Source: Acidobacteriota bacterium (GTDB taxonomy: Bacteria > Acidobacteriota > CAIWXX01). Taken from it: a DNA stretch of 64,000 nt. Positions 9,336 through 18,052 of the stretch are shown in pieces. A program made the position numbers and the translations under genes. The DNA lies in assembly GCA_040755995.1 (NCBI GenBank), contig JBFMAF010000010.1:256001-320000 (forward strand), written 5' to 3'. The notes beneath the pieces were generated by a model, which saw only the letters and a program-made list of their open reading frames with translations, did no database searches and was not told the origin of the DNA. Every line of letters starts with the position of its first letter. The first letter of the stretch is position 1.

Positions 9336-10756
9336 GCACTCGGGAAATGATGCAGACCGATCTACACGCCGACTCCGCCTCATCCTGCCTCGATGCCACG
9401 CTCGCCCTCTGCAACGCTTGCGGCCGCCTCTGCGACGCACAGATCCGCCTCGATCAGGAACGGGTCGTGCTGGTGAAGTGGTGTCCGGAACACGGCATCA
9501 CCAGGTCTCTGGTCAGCTCCGACAAGAGCTGGTATCTTCGGTCCCTCTCGTACGTGAAGCCCGGGACGCGCCCGCTGGCACGCGCATTCGATGGGTGCAC
9601 TGCGTGCCCGGGCTCCTGCGGTCTCTGTCCCGATCACCAGCAACACACCTGCGTCCCCATTGTCGAGATCACGGGCTCCTGCAATCTGCACTGCCCGATC
9701 TGCCTCGTTTCGGGGAGGGTCGGCAAGGAGCTCACGGTGGAAGAGGTCCGATCAGTCCTCGATCATCTCATCAGATACGAGGGGAAGATCAACATGCTGA
9801 CGCTCAGCGGTGGCGAGCCGACGGTCCACCCTGAGCTCACTGGCATCCTCGATCTTTGCCGGCGGCCGGAGATCGGGCTGGTCTCGGTTTCGACCAACGG
9901 CATCGCGCTCGACCGCGACCCTGACCTTATCCGGAAGATCCGGGACCGCGACGCGGTCATCTCGCTTCAATTTGACGGGTTCGCGGAGGAAGTGTACGGA
10001 TCGTTGCGCGGGAGAGGCGATCTTGCAGCGCTGAAACAACGGGTCGTCGAGAGAATCTTGGACGCCGGTGCACGGTTGTCCCTCACGGTGACCTTGGGGC
10101 GAGGTGTCAACGAAGCGGAGCTGCCGCGTATCCTGGACCTGTTCTTTGCCACCGACCTTGTACTGAGCCTCATGCTGCAGCCTCTCAGCTACGGAGCCTC
10201 CTGCGACGATCCGCTGAACGTCCTGACGATTCCCGATGTAGTCCGCCTCGTGGCCCAGGCATCCAGGGGCAGGCTCACGCGCGATGACTTCACGCCTCTG
10301 CCCTGCTCCCACCCGAGTTGTTTCGCGCTGACCTATCTGTTGAAGCTGGACGGCGGCGCGCTTGTGTCGCTGCCATCCCTCATCGACGTCGAGTCCTACA
10401 TCGATATCATAAAGAACCAGGCGCTCTTCGGCACGGACATGCAGACGCTTGAACGCATCAAGGACGCCCTCTACTCCCTGTGGTCGTCGGACGGCATGCT
10501 GCCGCATCGCGACGCGGTCCTCGGCCGAGTCAAGCGGTTGCTCAATGACATCTCGGCGTTGGGCCGGGCTGGATCTCACCGCGATCTGATCGACCTGGGC
10601 GTGTCGAACGTGAAGTCGATCTTCATCCACCATTTCATGGACCGCGCAACTTTCGATCTGAGCCGCGCGATCAAGTGCTGCAACCACTATGCGATGCCGG
10701 ACGGGAGGCTGTTGCCGGCCTGCGTACGCAACAACCTGACGGCAATTGGATCATGA
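9332..10756 (+). CDS. Radical SAM enzyme, Tes/GDGT-MAS-like, paralogue 2
   Basis: CNAC...CPEHG, CPGSCGLCPDH, CNLHCPIC, SGGEPT, SLQFDG, CSHPSC, HFMDRATFDLSRAIKCCNHY, PDGRLLPAC. Confidence 0.88.
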   Translation: MSTREMMQTDLHADSASSCLDATLALCNACGRLCDAQIRLDQERVVLVKWCPEHGITRSLVSSDKSWYLRSLSYVKPGTRPLARAFDGCTACPGSCGLCPDHQQHTCVPIVEITGSCNLHCPICLVSGRVGKELTVEEVRSVLDHLIRYEGKINMLTLSGGEPTVHPELTGILDLCRRPEIGLVSVSTNGIALDRDPDLIRKIRDRDAVISLQFDGFAEEVYGSLRGRGDLAALKQRVVERILDAGARLSLTVTLGRGVNEAELPRILDLFFATDLVLSLMLQPLSYGASCDDPLNVLTIPDVVRLVAQASRGRLTRDDFTPLPCSHPSCFALTYLLKLDGGALVSLPSLIDVESYIDIIKNQALFGTDMQTLERIKDALYSLWSSDGMLPHRDAVLGRVKRLLNDISALGRAGSHRDLIDLGVSNVKSIFIHHFMDRATFDLSRAIKCCNHYAMPDGRLLPACVRNNLTAIGS

Positions 10757-11799
10757 TCCGGTCGATCTGCAACTGCCTGGCGCACTTGGTTGCCGGACGG
10801 CCCGACGGCTGGTATCCGCTTCTCGGCGTCTACTACCTCACCTACGCCTGCGACATGAGGTGCACTTACTGCAGTGACGGCAGCGGCATCCCGTACTACC
10901 GCCTGCCGGATGAGCCCGTCTCGGGTGCAGGAGCAACCGAGATCATGCGGACCATGCGACGGTGGACGGACTACCTGGTGATCACAGGAGGCGAGCCGCT
11001 ACGGCACCCCGATTTCGTCGACGTGCTATCCGGCCTTCCCGCCCTTCGCTTCGACGGCGTCGTTCTAACGACCAACGGTTGCGACGTGGCCCCGTATCTT
11101 CAACTGATCAACGCCTCCGTGCGATACCTGGTCTTCTCCCTGGACACTCTGAACGAGGATCGCGCCGGGCACATCTACGGGCGGCGCCACGTGCTTGACC
11201 GAATACTCAGCAACATCGAATCTGCCGCAAGCGTCCCGGAGCGGCGGTACGAGATCATCATCTCCGCGGTCGCAACACCGGACAATCTCGAGGACCTGCC
11301 GGAGCTCTACCAGTACTGCCGCCGGCGAGGCTTCCGCTTCGCCCTGTGCCCGCAGCTGCTGGGGGTCAAGCCGCATCCGGCTCTGCGTGATAACCCCGGA
11401 TACCGGAGAGTCTTCGATATGCTCATCTCCGAGAAGCGGCGCGGCGGCCGAATCCATGGTAGTGTTCCATACCTGGAGCATATGCGCGACCTGCAACAAT
11501 TCTCATGCCGCCCAAGCACCGTTCTCGCCGTGTCGCCCGCCGGTAACGTTTTCTATCCGTGCCTGGAGATCGGCCACGCGGCCGGCTCCCTCGCCGATGA
11601 GCCCGACATCCACACCATTCGCCGGCAGGCACGAGAGAGGTTCGGCGAGGAACCACGGTGCGACAATCGCTGCCATTCGGCGTGCGCTCTCGGTTTCTCC
11701 TTGCTCCTGAACCGCCCTTGGTCGATTGTCCACGAGGCCGTTCTCGCCGCGAAGTCCACGTTGCGGCGCACGCTGAGGGGATACTCCAGTGTCTGCTAA
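10753..11799 (+). CDS. Radical SAM protein with C-terminal SPASM/twitch-like Cys cluster
   Basis: CDMRCTYC, TGGEP, TTNG; C-terminal CRP...YPC...CDNRCHSAC; ATGA coupling. Confidence 0.85.
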   Translation: MIRSICNCLAHLVAGRPDGWYPLLGVYYLTYACDMRCTYCSDGSGIPYYRLPDEPVSGAGATEIMRTMRRWTDYLVITGGEPLRHPDFVDVLSGLPALRFDGVVLTTNGCDVAPYLQLINASVRYLVFSLDTLNEDRAGHIYGRRHVLDRILSNIESAASVPERRYEIIISAVATPDNLEDLPELYQYCRRRGFRFALCPQLLGVKPHPALRDNPGYRRVFDMLISEKRRGGRIHGSVPYLEHMRDLQQFSCRPSTVLAVSPAGNVFYPCLEIGHAAGSLADEPDIHTIRRQARERFGEEPRCDNRCHSACALGFSLLLNRPWSIVHEAVLAAKSTLRRTLRGYSSVC

Positions 11800-13084
11800 G
11801 AAACGCTCCGTTGCCGCACTTGTCTGCACGGCCTGGCTTGGCGCCGGCGCGTCCATCGCAACTTCTTCCGCTCTGGCATGGATCGTGGGCGTCGAGGAGA
11901 TCTCCCCATCCGAGCTCGACCGGCTTCTCTCGTCGTCAAACCCGCCCGTCGTCGTCGACGTCACGACACGGGAAGAGTTCCTCCGTGAACATCTGCGCGG
12001 ATCCGTCAACGCCCCGCTGGGCGAGCTCGACTCCCAGCGAGGCGCCTTCGAGGCGTATCAGAACACGACCGTGGTGACTGTGTGCCAGGGAGGCGTGCGT
12101 TCGGCTCTGGCAGCGTCGAAGCTGGAAGGGCAGGGTCTGAAGCACGTGCTCAGCCTTTCGGGAGGCAAGCTCGCCTGGTCCAGTCAGGGGCTGCCACTCG
12201 AGTCCGGCGGGCCGCCCCCCTTCGCGGCAAGTGCACGCAGAGGCCCCTCAATCACGCTGTCGTTGGTGGAACAGACCGTGTCGGTGATTTCGGCGTTCGC
12301 CGTCAAGCCGGCCTACATGCTGCTCAGTCTGATCGCCGTGCTGCTAATGCACCGGCGCAGATCGCGAGACATGCTCTTGATTCGTGCGGGCCTTGCCGTG
12401 TTCTTCGCCGGCGAGCTCTTCTGCGCAATCAACTATCTGTGCACCGGCGGCGCCAACTTCTGGCTCGACATGCTCCACGGCATCGGCATGGTGGCGATGG
12501 GAGTGCTGGTTCCATGGGGAGCGTTCATATTGGTCGACGAGCGCGTGATCGGGCTGACGCAGCCCGACGCCGGCTGCTCGTTGAGGCGCTTCTGCGCGCG
12601 TTGCTGGAAGCAGGTTGAGGCTCCGTGTGCCGCGCACCGCATCTTCAAGCTCGTTGCGCCGGCCATGGCAGTCGTCTCGCTGATGCCGTGGACTGCGCCG
12701 ATCCGCGAGCTCAGCGAGGTCGGGACCGTCTTCGGGACGCCGGTGGCCTACTCGTACTCGCTGCCGCTGCAGCTCGCCGACTTCCGATTCTATCCGGCTG
12801 CAGGCGCCCTTTGCCTGGCAGTCGCTTCAGCAATGCTTTGCGGCGGCAGACGATCCATGAGATCTGCTCAGCCCTTCTTCTTCGCAGGCTTCGGGTTCAT
12901 GGCGTTTTCTCTGTTCCGTTTCCTACTGCTCAGCGCGTACCGCGAGACCCCCGTCTGGTCCGACTTCTGGGAGGAGCTCACGGAGCTCCTTTTCACGGTG
13001 ATCTCCATCGCCTTGCTCTGGATCTATCGGGAGCAGCTCGGCCTAGGCAGGGCAGCCCGTGTGACACCGTCCGCCGAGGAGTGA
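11789..13084 (+). CDS. Rhodanese-domain integral membrane protein
   Basis: Signal-like N-terminus, VVDV..EEF..HLRGS, active loop CQGGVRS, LSGG..AW; then about 8 hydrophobic segments with a CxxxxxCxxC...C loop. Confidence 0.8.
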   Translation: MSAKKRSVAALVCTAWLGAGASIATSSALAWIVGVEEISPSELDRLLSSSNPPVVVDVTTREEFLREHLRGSVNAPLGELDSQRGAFEAYQNTTVVTVCQGGVRSALAASKLEGQGLKHVLSLSGGKLAWSSQGLPLESGGPPPFAASARRGPSITLSLVEQTVSVISAFAVKPAYMLLSLIAVLLMHRRRSRDMLLIRAGLAVFFAGELFCAINYLCTGGANFWLDMLHGIGMVAMGVLVPWGAFILVDERVIGLTQPDAGCSLRRFCARCWKQVEAPCAAHRIFKLVAPAMAVVSLMPWTAPIRELSEVGTVFGTPVAYSYSLPLQLADFRFYPAAGALCLAVASAMLCGGRRSMRSAQPFFFAGFGFMAFSLFRFLLLSAYRETPVWSDFWEELTELLFTVISIALLWIYREQLGLGRAARVTPSAEE

Positions 13085-14118
13085 CGGGAGTGGGTGCCCC
13101 GGATCTGATCAGGCTTCTGACGTTCTTTCGTCGGCTGAATCTGCCTCGCTGGCCGCGCCGGGCCGCTGCACGCATTGTCGAAGAGCACGATCTCTCATCG
13201 CCGTCGGGCGCGCTCTACGACCACTACCTGCCGCGCAGCACGGTGCGATCCCGGATCGTGGCCCTTCACGGCGTCACGCGCAAGGGCAAGGACGACCCGA
13301 GGCTCGTCCGCTTCAGCCGCTCCCTCGCCTCCGCCGGGGTCGAGTGCTTTGTGCCGACACTCAGGGGCCTTGCCGAATTCGACTGGCGCGGCTCCGATAT
13401 CGACGACCTCGTGGCGCTTGTCCTTGGTGTCGCGGGCGGGGCGCGGTCGCTCGGGGTCGTCGGCTTCAGTTTCGGAGGCAGTTACGCATTGGTCGCCGCT
13501 GCTCGTTCGGAGATCAGCCAGACTCTCCGGTTCGTCCTCGCGGTAGGCGCATACCATTCGCTCGTCGATCTTTACGAACGCGTCGCGGCGGTTGGTGCAG
13601 ATGGAAGATTCGCCGGCAGTCGCGGAGACATGGATGACTGGATATACCTGCATCTCGTCGCGGCTCGGCGCCTGGCGCCCGAGCTGCGGCTCGACCCAGC
13701 AACACTCGTCGAGATGGATTCGCTGCTTGACCGCTACTGCCACTCCAGCTCGCTACCCGAGAAGACCTCCTTCTACGAGCGTCATCTCGAAGGCCGGAAT
13801 CTCTTGCAGCAGGATTGGGCGATGGCCGATCGCGCGGTGCTCGAACGCCTTTCGCCGGCGACCCGGCTGCGCAGCGTGGCATGTCCGGTTCGCCTGCTGC
13901 ACGATCCTGAGGACGCGATCGTTCCGGCCGATCACGCCCACAAGATCGCGGCCGAGCTCGGCCGGTGGGACCGCTCATGCAGGCTTGTCGTCACACCGTT
14001 GCTCCACCACGTCTCCCTGTCGAGCGCCCTGATGACGGCCGATTGGGTACGTATCGCGGCACTGTTTCTGCCGGTGATGGCAATGCGGCCCGGGAAGGAC
14101 GAAAGTGGGGCGGACTGA
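13081..14118 (+). CDS. Alpha/beta hydrolase (putative thioesterase/esterase)
   Basis: LHG, GFSFGG nucleophile, EDAIVP Asp, LLHH His; GTGA coupling. Confidence 0.8.
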   Translation: MTGVGAPDLIRLLTFFRRLNLPRWPRRAAARIVEEHDLSSPSGALYDHYLPRSTVRSRIVALHGVTRKGKDDPRLVRFSRSLASAGVECFVPTLRGLAEFDWRGSDIDDLVALVLGVAGGARSLGVVGFSFGGSYALVAAARSEISQTLRFVLAVGAYHSLVDLYERVAAVGADGRFAGSRGDMDDWIYLHLVAARRLAPELRLDPATLVEMDSLLDRYCHSSSLPEKTSFYERHLEGRNLLQQDWAMADRAVLERLSPATRLRSVACPVRLLHDPEDAIVPADHAHKIAAELGRWDRSCRLVVTPLLHHVSLSSALMTADWVRIAALFLPVMAMRPGKDESGAD

Positions 14119-15154
14119 GCTCGGCGAGCGCCTCAAGCGCGTGCGCTATGCCGCGAGCTTCCTGCGGAGGGGCATGGTACACGTCAATCTACAGGTGCTC
14201 TACCAGTGCAACTTCCGTTGCCGGATCTGCGACTTCTGGAAGCGGCGCTATCAGGAGATGCCGCAACTCGGCGCCGATCAGGCGCGCCTCATCGCGGACA
14301 AGCTCGACGAGTTGGGGCCGCAGATCGTGTCGATCGGCGGGGGCGAGCCGCTCATGCACCCGGAGATAGTCACGATTGCGAGGATACTGTCGCGGCGCCA
14401 TCTGCCTGTCATGATTACGAACGGATGGTTCGTCACGCCGGAGCTCGCCCGGAGCCTCTTCGAGGCAGGGATGTACGAGGTAAGCGTGTCGGTAGACTAC
14501 GCTGAGGCCGGCAGACATGACGCTCAGCGTGGGTGCAAGGGCGCATACGACGGCGCTATCGCCGCACTGGAGATTCTGCAAGCCAACCGGACACGGCCGT
14601 ACCAGAGGGTACACATGATCTCGGTGGCCATGGCAGACAACCTCGATGAAATCGAGCCCCTGATCCGGCTTTGCGGGAAGATGGGCATCACCTACCTCGT
14701 GACCCTGTACTCTGACGGCCGAGGGCAGAGGGACCTTTCCTGTGTTGCAGGAGACGCGAGTGCGCGCTTGCTGGCCCTCAAGGAACGCTACCCTGGATTC
14801 GTATCGCTGCGAGGCTATCTGGGGCGATTCAATGGTGCCGCTCCGGCCGCCCGACACGACCGTTGCTTCGCAGGCCTCAATCTGATGAACATAGACTGTC
14901 GGGGAAGCGTCTCCCTCTGCATCGACCGCGCGGATGAAGTCGTCGGCAACCTGCTCGAGGAGACCACGGAGGCGATCCGCCGCAAGCTGCTCGCGAGATA
15001 TCGCGACAACCAATGCCGCTCATGCTGGACGTCTTGCCGTGGTTCGATCGAGACCCTGATGTACGGCGGAGACCGGTTGGCGAACCTGCGTGACCTCTAC
15101 GGAATGACGAAGCCGGTCCCACTAGCCCCTGAGGCCGTGAGGCGACGGGGTTGA
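14105..15154 (+). CDS. Radical SAM protein with C-terminal SPASM/twitch-like domain
   Basis: CNFRCRIC, GGGEP, ITNG; CFAG...IDCRGSVSLC...GNL...CRSCWTSC. Confidence 0.85.
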   Translation: MGRTELGERLKRVRYAASFLRRGMVHVNLQVLYQCNFRCRICDFWKRRYQEMPQLGADQARLIADKLDELGPQIVSIGGGEPLMHPEIVTIARILSRRHLPVMITNGWFVTPELARSLFEAGMYEVSVSVDYAEAGRHDAQRGCKGAYDGAIAALEILQANRTRPYQRVHMISVAMADNLDEIEPLIRLCGKMGITYLVTLYSDGRGQRDLSCVAGDASARLLALKERYPGFVSLRGYLGRFNGAAPAARHDRCFAGLNLMNIDCRGSVSLCIDRADEVVGNLLEETTEAIRRKLLARYRDNQCRSCWTSCRGSIETLMYGGDRLANLRDLYGMTKPVPLAPEAVRRRG

Positions 15155-15421
15155 CGAACCGCGCTGGCCTCGACCGGCGCGGCGTCGCACATCGCCCGCA
15201 GGGCGCGCGCGTGTCGTCCTGAAGGGACACCCTGTCACAGAACACAGACACCGAGACAGCGCCCACTGACGCGGTGCGTCGTCTGTTGGCAGGGTTTCCA
15301 GGCCACTCTGAACCCGCGCGATTCTGGCACGTATATTGAATGTGGCAGCCTGGTCCTGGCTGTCCCGGGGACGCGAGATGGTCCTGGAGGTTGTTCCGGA
15401 GTAGCACATGAGAGGAGACGT

Positions 15422-17215
15422 ATGAGAAGTCGACACATCGCCCGCCTGACCACACAAGTCTTTGCAATCCTGTTCATAGCAGCCCCGGTTCACGCGGCGA
15501 CGCCCTTCGCACGCGCCGCCGGTGAGCTCGATTTCGTCCGGCGCTTGCGGGACGCGACGCCCCCGGCCGCGCGCCCTGCCCTGACGAATCTGGTCGAGAT
15601 GGTGCGGATGGATGACGGTGTGCGGTTGCACACGTCGGTCTATCTCGCCTCGCAGTCGGGGCGGTACCCAGCTATCCTGGTCCGGACGCCGTACAACGAC
15701 GCCACCGACGGCCTTGATGACTACGGCTACTCCGGCATCGCCGACTACTACTGCCCGCGCGGGTACGCCGTGGTGATCCAGACAATCCGCGGCAAGTACG
15801 CATCGGAGGGGACGTACCGTCTCATGTCGCGCGGCGAGATCGACGACGGCTACGCCGCAATTGAGTGGATCTCACGACAGGCCTGGTGCGACGGCAACGT
15901 GGCTGTCATGGGCGTGTCGCACGACGGGTTCGATGCACTTGCCGCCGGCATCCGCAACCCCAGCGGTCTCAAGCTGGTCATATCCGGCGGCGGCCCCGCG
16001 GACTTGCGGACCGACGCATTCATGCAGAAGGGGACCCTCGGCACGAGCCTGCTCGACTACATCGACTTCATGTTCACCGAGACCGGCCAGCCGTATGACG
16101 ATCTCTTCTTCCGCCTCATGGAGACGCTGGGGCTGCCGGAGCCGCGGCTTCTCGCCTACGACACGCTTGTGAGCGGCAAGGAGCTGCCGGCGTGGGACGA
16201 GCACATCAAGGCCATGAGCCGTGTCAACAGTGACTACTGGCAGAAGCGCCGGATTCGCGACCGGCTGCACGAGTGCAAGCTGCCGATAGTCCAGTTCGCG
16301 GGACTCTACAGCGACGGCGATATGCCCGATGTCCTGCGCAATTTCGAGTACCTCGAGGAGAGAGGCATCCAGGGCCGCTTGATCCTCGGCTGGTGGGCGC
16401 ACGGGTCCTCCGGCCCCTACGGCGATGTCGAGGGGTACACTCCACCCGATGTGCTCAAGCGATACAATGCTCTGCTCGACTACTACCTCAAAGGACTCAG
16501 CAGCCCGATTCTCAACGAGAAGCGGATCCAGGTCTTTGCGGCGGGCGAGGGCAAGTTCGTGCCATCCAACACGTGGCCTCAGCTTCCTGGATACACATCG
16601 CGCGAGTTCTACTTCGCGCGTGGCTCGACGCAGGCCGGCAAGCTGCTGAGCGCGCCACGATCGGAAAGCAAACCCAATGTGTCGTACGCTTATGACCCTA
16701 AGGTGCTTCCGACGATTCTCTACGATCCGGGGCCGATCCGAAACCACACCGACCAGCTGGCGTTTCTGAGTGATCCCATGCCCGCAGACACGCCGGTATG
16801 CGGCAAGGCGAGCCTGACGCTGTACGTGTCGAGCACGGCCAGGGACACCGACTTCTATGCGGCCGCATTCGTGCGCCAGACTGACGGGACGGATCGTGAG
16901 CTCGGGCCGGGACCGGGCCTTCTCCAGGCCCGCCAGCGGGACGGCGATTACGCGCGGCCGAAGATGCTCGTGCCGGGCCAGGTGTACGCCGTGACGATCG
17001 AGCCGCCGTTCATCTCTGGCATCGTCAAGAAAGGCGAACGCCTCGGGGTCGTGGTCTTCAGCAACGCCTTTCCGGTGGTCATCCGAAACGCCAACAGCGG
17101 AAAGCCGATAGGCTCCGACAAGGCCTTCATCACCGCGACCCAGAAATTCTACCTCGGGAAGCTCTACCCGTCGAAGCTGACCCTGAGCTGCCGGTCCCCA
17201 TCGACCGGCGGGTAG
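15422..17215 (+). CDS. Secreted CocE/NonD family hydrolase (peptidase S15-like)
   Basis: MDDGVRL, RTPY, RGKYASEG, WCDGNV, GVSHDG nucleophile, GWWAHG, C-terminal SSTARDTDF domain; signal peptide; AGGAG RBS. Confidence 0.88.
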   Translation: MRSRHIARLTTQVFAILFIAAPVHAATPFARAAGELDFVRRLRDATPPAARPALTNLVEMVRMDDGVRLHTSVYLASQSGRYPAILVRTPYNDATDGLDDYGYSGIADYYCPRGYAVVIQTIRGKYASEGTYRLMSRGEIDDGYAAIEWISRQAWCDGNVAVMGVSHDGFDALAAGIRNPSGLKLVISGGGPADLRTDAFMQKGTLGTSLLDYIDFMFTETGQPYDDLFFRLMETLGLPEPRLLAYDTLVSGKELPAWDEHIKAMSRVNSDYWQKRRIRDRLHECKLPIVQFAGLYSDGDMPDVLRNFEYLEERGIQGRLILGWWAHGSSGPYGDVEGYTPPDVLKRYNALLDYYLKGLSSPILNEKRIQVFAAGEGKFVPSNTWPQLPGYTSREFYFARGSTQAGKLLSAPRSESKPNVSYAYDPKVLPTILYDPGPIRNHTDQLAFLSDPMPADTPVCGKASLTLYVSSTARDTDFYAAAFVRQTDGTDRELGPGPGLLQARQRDGDYARPKMLVPGQVYAVTIEPPFISGIVKKGERLGVVVFSNAFPVVIRNANSGKPIGSDKAFITATQKFYLGKLYPSKLTLSCRSPSTGG

Positions 17216-17390
17216 GCAGCTGCCGAGGCACATTGTGCTCAGCGGCTTGGTGACTCCCGCGCGATCGGCCGGAGGCGCACGCGCGGGGGAGGCCGCCGGC
17301 CACTGAGCCCGAATGTCTCCGAGCCGCCTTCACAACGACGCCCCGAATGCAGCGATGATGCCGGTGAATTATGGAGACGGCCCTTGAATG

Positions 17391-17422
17391 ATTCTTGACT
17401 AAATAGTATACTTAATTACCAT
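17391..17422 (+). promoter_or_regulatory. Sigma70-like promoter overlapped by an AT-rich Rrf2/IscR-type operator
   Basis: TTGACT (17395-17400), 16 bp, TACCAT (17417-17422); ATTCTTGACTAAATAGTATACTTAAT is strikingly AT-rich and resembles IscR-type sites. Confidence 0.55.
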
Positions 17423-17439
17423 GACTAGTGAGGTGGGTG

Positions 17440-17910
17440 ATGAGATTCACGGCACAGGAAGAGTATGGGCTGAGATGCGCCCTGCAAATGGCCAAGAAAG
17501 ACGGGGAGAAGCCGCTCACGATCGCGGACCTGGCGAAGCTGGAGGGGCTGACGAGTGCCTACGTCGCCAAGCTGATGCGTGTGATGAGGAAGGGCGAGGT
17601 GGTGGTGAGCGTGCGCGGACAGTCTGGTGGCTACCGTCTGGCGCGCCCGCCGGCACTCATGAGTGTTGCCGATGTGTTGATGGTGCTCGACCGGAGGCTC
17701 TATCAACCATCCTACTGCCGGCAGTTCGCGGGATCGTCCCCGTCCTGCGTCCACATCCGCGACTGCACGATACGGGCCCTCTGGCGGAAGCTCCAGACCA
17801 CCCTCTGGCACACGCTCGAACAGATCACTCTCGCGGATCTCGTGCACGGAGGCGAGAGCGAGATGCTCGTAAGCCTGAGGACGGCGCTCCCCGTGGCGCG
17901 CTGCTCATAG
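17440..17910 (+). CDS. Rrf2 family transcriptional regulator (IscR-like, three Cys)
   Basis: EEYGLRC, SVRGQSGGYRLARP, C-x8-C-x5-C then LWRKL...LEQITLADL. Confidence 0.9.
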   Translation: MRFTAQEEYGLRCALQMAKKDGEKPLTIADLAKLEGLTSAYVAKLMRVMRKGEVVVSVRGQSGGYRLARPPALMSVADVLMVLDRRLYQPSYCRQFAGSSPSCVHIRDCTIRALWRKLQTTLWHTLEQITLADLVHGGESEMLVSLRTALPVARCS

Positions 17911-18052
17911 ACGGCTTCGAGCGCGAGGCTGCGGTGCACGTGCGCGTTGCGCGGGCGGGCCCAGCCGATGCTCTCACACCGACCACACCGGCCGCTCCGT
18001 CAGCACCACAACCCACCCAGAACGGACTGCGGACCGAGTGAGGAGATAAGCC

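Noticed and set aside
3120..15154. RiPP cluster interpretation (SPASM radical SAMs plus nitroreductase-like dehydrogenase)
   Set aside because: No precursor peptide, YcaO, RRE or peptidase transporter; ACP/KS genes point to an acyl substrate
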